IMG/VR virus record: IMGVR_UViG_3300005662_000009
Coordinates: 1 to 30,894 of that record
Direction: 5' to 3' (one strand)
DNA from: a virus
Taxonomy: Duplodnaviria > Caudoviricetes
Length of the DNA stretch: 30,894 nucleotides
In this document: one piece after another, positions 25,595 to 30,894 of the stretch
Layout of the letters: every line of letters begins with the position of its first letter
Numbering within the stretch: position 1 is the first letter of the stretch
Translations under genes and position numbers: made by a program
The notes under the pieces: generated by a model
What the model was told of the DNA's origin: nothing
The model's input: the letters and a program-made list of their open reading frames with translations, nothing else
Databases searched by the model: none

Positions 25595-26577
25595 AAAAAT
25601 ATCGCTTCGCTTTGGACACCGGTGATTCATTGAACATCACGGGAGTCAATTACGCTGGAGAGGCGGCTGTGCCATATGTCGCGCCTGCCGTATTATCCGC
25701 TGAATCCATTACGAACAATTTGCTCAAGGTTATTCCGGACGTCAAATACAAGCTTAACCTCCAAAAAATCAGCGGGGTCAGCGTGCAAACGGCAACCTGC
25801 GATTTTGGAATTGGTGCGGCAGACGCGGTCACGTTGACTGACGTAGTACTGGAACCGGTCGACCTCAAGGTCAATTACGAATTGTGCAAGGCTGACATGC
25901 GTCAAACGTGGGCTGCCGCACAAACGGGTTCAAATTTGGGTTCCCAGCTGCCCGCCGATTTTACGACGTTCCTGTTGCAATACACCGCCGCCAAGGTTGG
26001 GGAAATCATTGAGTGCAACATTTGGCAGGGTGGCTACGATTTTAACGGAACCACGGCTGGAACCCATTTGGTCAACAATTTCAACGGAATTTGCAAGCGC
26101 CTGATTGACGGAACACCGGGCTACGAAAAAACCCCGGCGGGTGCATTTACCGCAGACGCTAACGCTACGACCGGCGTTTTGACCCACCTCGACGATTTGG
26201 TCAATAACACGCCGTCTGTAATTCAGAACAATCCGAACGCGGTCATTTACATGAGCCGTGCTACCCTGTTCAAATTGCATCGGGCGACGTCATCGCTGAG
26301 CACTGGTCAAATCATTATTGGAGGCGTCGACCGGCCTACGGCATGGCTCGGCTTCCCGATTGTCACGCCAGCCGGGTTCCCGAATGACACCCTTATCATG
26401 AGCTACCCGGACAATTTCGTGTTCGGCACGAACGCCTTGACCGACCACACGTCAGCCGACGTTGTGGACATGAGCAAAACGGATGCATCGGACAATGTGC
26501 GGGTGGCTATGCGTTTCAGCGGTGGAACCCAAATTGTCCACATCGCCGACGTAGGATTTGTAACCCGCGCGAGCTAA
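25591..26577 (+). CDS. Major capsid protein
   Basis: 328 aa after protease and scaffold; 'YAGE.A..Y...A', 'L.P..L.VN.ELCK.D', 'IWQG', 'FGT..L.D', 'VRV.MRF..G.Q'. Confidence 0.9.
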   Translation: MKKYRFALDTGDSLNITGVNYAGEAAVPYVAPAVLSAESITNNLLKVIPDVKYKLNLQKISGVSVQTATCDFGIGAADAVTLTDVVLEPVDLKVNYELCKADMRQTWAAAQTGSNLGSQLPADFTTFLLQYTAAKVGEIIECNIWQGGYDFNGTTAGTHLVNNFNGICKRLIDGTPGYEKTPAGAFTADANATTGVLTHLDDLVNNTPSVIQNNPNAVIYMSRATLFKLHRATSSLSTGQIIIGGVDRPTAWLGFPIVTPAGFPNDTLIMSYPDNFVFGTNALTDHTSADVVDMSKTDASDNVRVAMRFSGGTQIVHIADVGFVTRAS

Positions 26578-26589
26578 TTCTGCATAGCC

Positions 26590-27117
26590 ATGCCATGCGG
26601 AATTACAATCGCGGGGAGGCTGTTCCCGTGTAAGACGGCCATTGGGGGCGTCAAACAAATCTGGGTTTGTGAATGGTCTGACGGGTTTTGGGAAGCTCCG
26701 GTTGCAGGAAACGTCGCGGATTCGGCTGTCGCGAAAACCCTGAAAAATTTTGAGATTGCTAAAAATTCGGGTTCATTCACGCAGACAATCACGTCCAGCA
26801 TTGAAAACGGGACGATTTTTTACAGCCAAGTGCTGGAAATCACATTGCCTGTTTTGAGTGCGACGGCATCGGTCGCCGTGCATGATTTGCTCAAGACGCG
26901 GTTGGCGGTGGTAGTCCAAGACAATAATTCCAATTATTTCGTCATGGGTTTGAGCCACGGCGTAGAAGCGAGCGGTGGTGCAATTCAAACCGGGGCTGCA
27001 AAAGGCGACCTCCATGGTTACCAATTGCAATTCACCGCCGAGGAAAATTTGCCAGCGCCGACGGTCACGAGGGCTTCCACCGGCACGGATTTGATTTGGA
27101 CGTTAGCCACTACGTAA
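26590..27117 (+). CDS. Major tail (tube) protein
   Basis: 'C.IT.GR..PCK..IGGVK', 'S.ENGT.FY.Q.L', 'VV.DNN', 'G.A.GDL.GY.L.F.AEE..P'. Confidence 0.75.
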   Translation: MPCGITIAGRLFPCKTAIGGVKQIWVCEWSDGFWEAPVAGNVADSAVAKTLKNFEIAKNSGSFTQTITSSIENGTIFYSQVLEITLPVLSATASVAVHDLLKTRLAVVVQDNNSNYFVMGLSHGVEASGGAIQTGAAKGDLHGYQLQFTAEENLPAPTVTRASTGTDLIWTLATT

Positions 27118-27140
27118 GGGGATATGACATTGCAAAAACC

Positions 27141-27169
27141 AAGGGGGAGGGCATGACCCTCCCCTTTTT
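27141..27169 (+). terminator. Rho-independent terminator T4 after the capsid and tail-tube genes
   Basis: GGGGAGGG-CATGA-CCCTCCCC-TTTTT. Confidence 0.85.
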
Positions 27170-27177
27170 GTTCACAC

Positions 27178-27561
27178 ATGGAAATCACGGCAAACACTAC
27201 GAATCAAGCTTTGTACATGACATGCGCCGAGCAGACGCCGGGCACGGCATCCCTGTATTGGTTGCAATTCACGAACGTCGCTACCGGCGAGCAATTGGTC
27301 TGCCGTGGCACACCGGTCACGCACAACGAACGCTACACCAAATTCGTCATAGCGACTAACACAATTGACCCGGCATTCGGAATTCTTGTGCTGGATCCGG
27401 GGACGTTTTTGTGCAAGGCTTATTGGACGGCGTCATTTGCGACAGCGCTTAATACGGCTAATTTGGTGGAAACCGGAATCGTGAAAATCGTAGCTTCCGC
27501 CCCGGCAACCAACCCTACGTACCAATCAGCAACATCATCCAATGTCATCGTCTTCGCATAA
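27178..27561 (+). CDS. Virion structural protein (possible head closure)
   Basis: 127 aa beta-rich protein between the tail tube and portal genes; function from synteny only. Confidence 0.55.
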   Translation: MEITANTTNQALYMTCAEQTPGTASLYWLQFTNVATGEQLVCRGTPVTHNERYTKFVIATNTIDPAFGILVLDPGTFLCKAYWTASFATALNTANLVETGIVKIVASAPATNPTYQSATSSNVIVFA

Positions 27562-29194
27562 GCTTTACGCGTTTAGCCTTCCCACGTTGGAACCGGCGAA
27601 TTACGCTGAAAAATCCACCAATAAAGGATGGGTTGAATATGGGGACGGAAACGCGTTCCCTGATTATTTGCTGACCCTTTACAACGAGTCGGCGTTGCAT
27701 CACGCGTTGTGTGATGGCATCGCCTACATGATGCACGGCGAAGGATACGCGCCTACCGATTTGACCGCAAAATTGAGGTACGAACAATTCAACCTCGATG
27801 AAGAACTATTAAAATGCCAGCTTGATTACATCATTCACGGCGGATTTGCGTTGGAGGTTCAATGGTCGCTCGACAGAACTACGATTGAGTCGGTATATCA
27901 TTGCCCGTTTGAAAATATCAGGGCTGGCGTTTGCGGTGAGGACGGGGTGGTGCATTGGTATTATTACTCAACCAACTGGCACAAGCACACCACTAAAAAA
28001 CATCGGGTGCGGGCGTGGGCGCCTGACGAGGCGAATGAATATCCACGACAAATCCTATACGTTAAGCCGTTTTCGCCGGGAAGCTATTATTATCCCAAGC
28101 CGTCGTACATCGGGGCAATCAATTACATCGAGCTGGACAAGGAAATTGGCCTGTTTCACGTGAATAACATCCGAAACGGCCTGATGCCCAGCTTCATGAT
28201 AAATTTCAAAAACGGCGAGCCGAACGAAATGGAACGGCACGCTATCCGGGCAGAAATTGAATCACAAATCGGCGGGGCGTCTAACGCTGGAAAATGGTTC
28301 ATGACATTTAATGACCAGCCTGAACGTGCGCCTGATTTTATCCCGTTCCCTACATCGGACAATGACACCAAATACCAGTTCTTGTCGGAAGAGGCCTCGA
28401 TCAAAATCATGATGGGGCATAGGGTGACTAACCCTATGATGTTTGGATTGCTCGTGCCCGGACGTTTGGGCGGCGGTCAGGAATTGGCCGAGTCAAAAGA
28501 CCTGTTTGAAACGAACGTATTGAAACCCGGCCGAAAGCTTGTCAAAAATGTAGTCAAAGACCTGTTTGCGGCCATGTCCATTCCGGTCTATTGGGAAATG
28601 TCCAGCGACGTTGACCCCGTCGCACAATGGCTCATTGAACGCGGGGAATTGATGGACGGCTATGAGCTTGTGCATGAAAACCCGGTCGATTATGACACAG
28701 ACGACGAATTGGCTATCCGATTAAGCTTTGCGGCCCAACCGGCACAAAGCGGTGGGGATATTTCGGATCAGGATACAAGCTTGTTCAAAATCCGCTACAA
28801 ATATGCGGGCGTGCCTACGTCGGGCCAATCAAGGGCTTTTTGCCGGTTGATGTACTCGTCGGATAAGGTCTACAAAAAAGAGGACATCATTGCCGCTGAA
28901 AATCAGCGGGTGAATCCGGGATTCGGCTACCAAGGGGATGACACATATAATGTTTGGCTGTACAAAGGCGGGCCACGATGCAATCATTATTGGCAGCGTC
29001 AGGTTTACCTCAAATCAGACAATCGGCAAATCAGCGTGAATGAGGCGCGAAAAATGATTCAAGCGCTGCCGGTCGACAAACGGGACGCCGCTCAATACGA
29101 GATTAACGACCCTCTTGTGGCCCGGCATCCAAATGACATGGCTCACAAAGGCTATCACCCAAACAATCCAAACAAACCGGCTGACGCACGATAA
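27542..29194 (+). CDS. Portal protein with C-terminal extension
   Basis: 'WVEYG..N.FP.YL..LY..S..H', 'YYP.P.Y.GA..YIE....I..FH.NNI.NG..PS', 'GASNAG', 'GHRVT.P..FG'. Confidence 0.9.
   Translation: MSSSSHKLYAFSLPTLEPANYAEKSTNKGWVEYGDGNAFPDYLLTLYNESALHHALCDGIAYMMHGEGYAPTDLTAKLRYEQFNLDEELLKCQLDYIIHGGFALEVQWSLDRTTIESVYHCPFENIRAGVCGEDGVVHWYYYSTNWHKHTTKKHRVRAWAPDEANEYPRQILYVKPFSPGSYYYPKPSYIGAINYIELDKEIGLFHVNNIRNGLMPSFMINFKNGEPNEMERHAIRAEIESQIGGASNAGKWFMTFNDQPERAPDFIPFPTSDNDTKYQFLSEEASIKIMMGHRVTNPMMFGLLVPGRLGGGQELAESKDLFETNVLKPGRKLVKNVVKDLFAAMSIPVYWEMSSDVDPVAQWLIERGELMDGYELVHENPVDYDTDDELAIRLSFAAQPAQSGGDISDQDTSLFKIRYKYAGVPTSGQSRAFCRLMYSSDKVYKKEDIIAAENQRVNPGFGYQGDDTYNVWLYKGGPRCNHYWQRQVYLKSDNRQISVNEARKMIQALPVDKRDAAQYEINDPLVARHPNDMAHKGYHPNNPNKPADAR
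28152..28167. promoter_or_regulatory. Weaker parS-like site 4
   Basis: TGTTTCACGTGAATAA, 14/16 match to TGTTTCACGTGAAACA. Confidence 0.4.
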
Positions 29195-29205
29195 CCCAAC
29201 CAGTC

Positions 29206-29781
29206 ATGAGCTACGAAACCGAAATCCTGTTCATTAGCCCGGCGTACATGAAGCGCACGACGTATTTGAGCGAATCAATGGACGACCAAATGTTAGTGAC
29301 AGCAATTGTGCTGGCACAAGACAAATACGTGATTCCGGTGTTAGGCACGGATTTGTACATGCGGTTGCGGACGGACATCGAAGACGCTACATTGACAGCG
29401 GATTACGAAGGGTTGCTCAAAAATTACGTGCAGAAAATCGTGGCGTGGTGGGGAATGGTCGAGCTGTTGCCGGCCTTGCACGTGCGCCACGACGGAACCA
29501 ACCTCGTCATCCGAACGGCAGAACAATCCGCAACTATCAGCCCAGACGATTTGCACCGCGAAATTGAGCGGTCGCGACAAACCGCCCAGCTGTACACCGA
29601 CCGGTTAATTCGGCATTTGCGCTACAATTGGGACACCAAATACCCTGAATACCATACCAACACTGAAGACGACATCCACCCGTCAACCAAAGCTTACGGC
29701 CAGTCCGGTCTGACGTTTTCATTCGGTCGCGGGTACAAGGCGAATTTGCGGCACATCATTTACCCGCCGAGCTATGGATAA
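29206..29781 (+). CDS. Head-tail adaptor protein
   Basis: 'LFIS..Y.K..T', 'AQD.Y..P.LGTDLY..L', 'YPEY'; immediately after the portal gene. Confidence 0.7.
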   Translation: MSYETEILFISPAYMKRTTYLSESMDDQMLVTAIVLAQDKYVIPVLGTDLYMRLRTDIEDATLTADYEGLLKNYVQKIVAWWGMVELLPALHVRHDGTNLVIRTAEQSATISPDDLHREIERSRQTAQLYTDRLIRHLRYNWDTKYPEYHTNTEDDIHPSTKAYGQSGLTFSFGRGYKANLRHIIYPPSYG

Positions 29782-29834
29782 ACAGACCAAAAACCAGCAT
29801 CACGAAAAAATCAAAATTTGGCTGACCACCCAAA

Positions 29835-30131
29835 ATGGAAAACATATTCATAGCGCTTATCACAGCGTTGACCGGAACGGCGGCATGGCAGTTCTATACC
29901 ATAAGGGTCAAATTGAACCAAAAAAATGAGGACTACGAACGCGAGGAGAAATCCATGTACCGGGAAGACCTTCGCGCGCGGGTGCGGGCATTGGAATTAT
30001 TATTGCAGGACTCGGCAGAAGAGAAGGATTTGTTGCGGGCACAAATTCTCGAATTGACAGCAAAAGTGAATCGAATGGAAATCACAATAAAATGGCTACA
30101 AAACGAAAACCAACGACTGACCGGAAATTGA
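29835..30131 (+). CDS. Membrane-anchored coiled-coil lysis protein (holin/antiholin-like)
   Basis: N-terminal TM 'IFIALITALTGTAAWQFY' then heptad coiled coil; upstream of the endolysin. Confidence 0.6.
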   Translation: MENIFIALITALTGTAAWQFYTIRVKLNQKNEDYEREEKSMYREDLRARVRALELLLQDSAEEKDLLRAQILELTAKVNRMEITIKWLQNENQRLTGN

Positions 30132-30562
30132 CCGAAATCATATTGCATTGCAGTGCTACGCGGGAAGGCGTAGACATTGGAATCAATACGATCAAGCAAT
30201 GGCATTTAGCTCGCGGCTGGAAGGACGTCGGCTATCATTACGTCATCAAGCTTGACGGCACGTTACAAACCGGTCGCGACATCAATGTGGCAGGCGCTCA
30301 CGTCGAAGGGCACAACGCCACATCCATTGGGATTTGCTACGTAGGAGGTCTCGACGAAAACGGCAAACCGGCGGACACCATGACCAAACCTCAAGAGCTT
30401 ACGTTCCATTTGCTCGTTCAGCGGTTGAGGGCGACATATTCCTACATGCCGGTTAAAGGGCACAATGACTACACCAACGCCAAGGCGTGCCCGTCATTCA
30501 AAGTCCTAAAAAAATGGCCGAACATCAATACCCCGTCTAATCATGGAAACACTACAAGCTAA
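30092..30562 (+). CDS. Endolysin, N-acetylmuramoyl-L-alanine amidase (T7 lysozyme / Amidase_2)
   Basis: 'IILHCSAT', 'GW.DVGYHYVI', 'GAHV.GHN..SIGICYVGG', 'GHND', 'KACPSF'. Confidence 0.95.
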   Translation: MATKRKPTTDRKLTEIILHCSATREGVDIGINTIKQWHLARGWKDVGYHYVIKLDGTLQTGRDINVAGAHVEGHNATSIGICYVGGLDENGKPADTMTKPQELTFHLLVQRLRATYSYMPVKGHNDYTNAKACPSFKVLKKWPNINTPSNHGNTTS

Positions 30563-30707
30563 TTGGGCAGAAATCGCCCTTGCCGTCATCACCGCTGCCG
30601 GGACAATCACGGCGTTGACTGAAACCAATAAGGACGACAAATTGGTCAACGTCGCCTATCGAGTCCTTCGCGCTGTTGTATTTGGAAAATCACGCGGACG
30701 GCGTTAA
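30543..30707 (+). CDS. Small holin-like membrane protein (54 aa; below the ORF-track cutoff)
   Basis: Translated by hand: METLQANWAEIALAVITAAGTITALTETNKDDKLVNVAYRVLRAVVFGKSRGRR; TM helix, T.T.KDD motif, basic tail. Confidence 0.7.
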   Translation: METLQANWAEIALAVITAAGTITALTETNKDDKLVNVAYRVLRAVVFGKSRGRR

Positions 30708-30746
30708 CCTTGCGCCTCCGTACATAGGGTGCGGTTTTCCATAGGG

Positions 30747-30790
30747 TAGCCCTTGTCCGGCATGGTTCGGACAGGGGCTATTCCTGTTTT
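30747..30790 (+). terminator. Terminator-like hairpin after the lysis genes
   Basis: TAGCCCTTGTCCG-GCATGGTT-CGGACAGGGGCTA 13-bp stem followed by TTCCTGTTTT. Confidence 0.65.
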
Positions 30791-30794
30791 GGGC

Positions 30795-30894
30795 ATGGGG
30801 GGCGTGCGTCGAGCTGCGGCATAGCGTGCGGGAACGGACTCCATGTCCGTGCAGGTTCGATTCCTGACCCTCCCACCTGCCCCCAAAAAAAAAA
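30795..30894. repeat. Terminal direct repeat, right copy
   Basis: Identical to bases 1-100. Confidence 0.95.

Noticed and set aside
2006-30886. Minus-strand ORFs in the ORF track (for example 2452-2964, 23511-24041, 25136-25630, 30704-30886)
   Set aside because: They shadow well-supported + strand genes or structured RNA and show no recognisable motifs.
1-30894. Alternative genetic code, introns/inteins or a diversity-generating retroelement
   Set aside because: Genes tile densely under the standard code, core genes are uninterrupted, and I saw no reverse transcriptase or TR/VR pair.

Overview
The window is very probably one complete, circularly assembled genome of a tailed dsDNA phage (unit length about 30,794 bp; bases 1-100 are repeated exactly at 30795-30894). 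It looks siphovirus-like and probably infects a Bacteroidota host: it has four TTG-N19-TAnnTTTG-type promoters and no Shine-Dalgarno sites. All credible genes are on the + strand. Order: early/replication genes (SSB-like, Cro-like, lambda-O-like initiator with internal iterons, NinG, ECF-like sigma factor), small promoter-terminator cassettes, RecE-like exonuclease, a 7-gene putative modification island (2 glycosyltransferase-like genes, minimal amino-MTase, ParB-N, PAPS-reductase/IbrA-like, ParB/IbrB-like, PLD-like), terminase, tail genes, tape measure, head genes, portal, lysis genes and a tRNA-like structured element. I saw no integrase, ParA, DNA polymerase or helicase. The strongest unexplained signals are (1) three near-perfect chromosomal-type parS palindromes embedded in coding sequence and spaced about 10 kb apart around the circle, and (2) about 6-fold over-representation of AAGCTT (47 copies by eye) in a genome carrying the modification island. 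All protein calls come from motif recognition by eye, not database searches.
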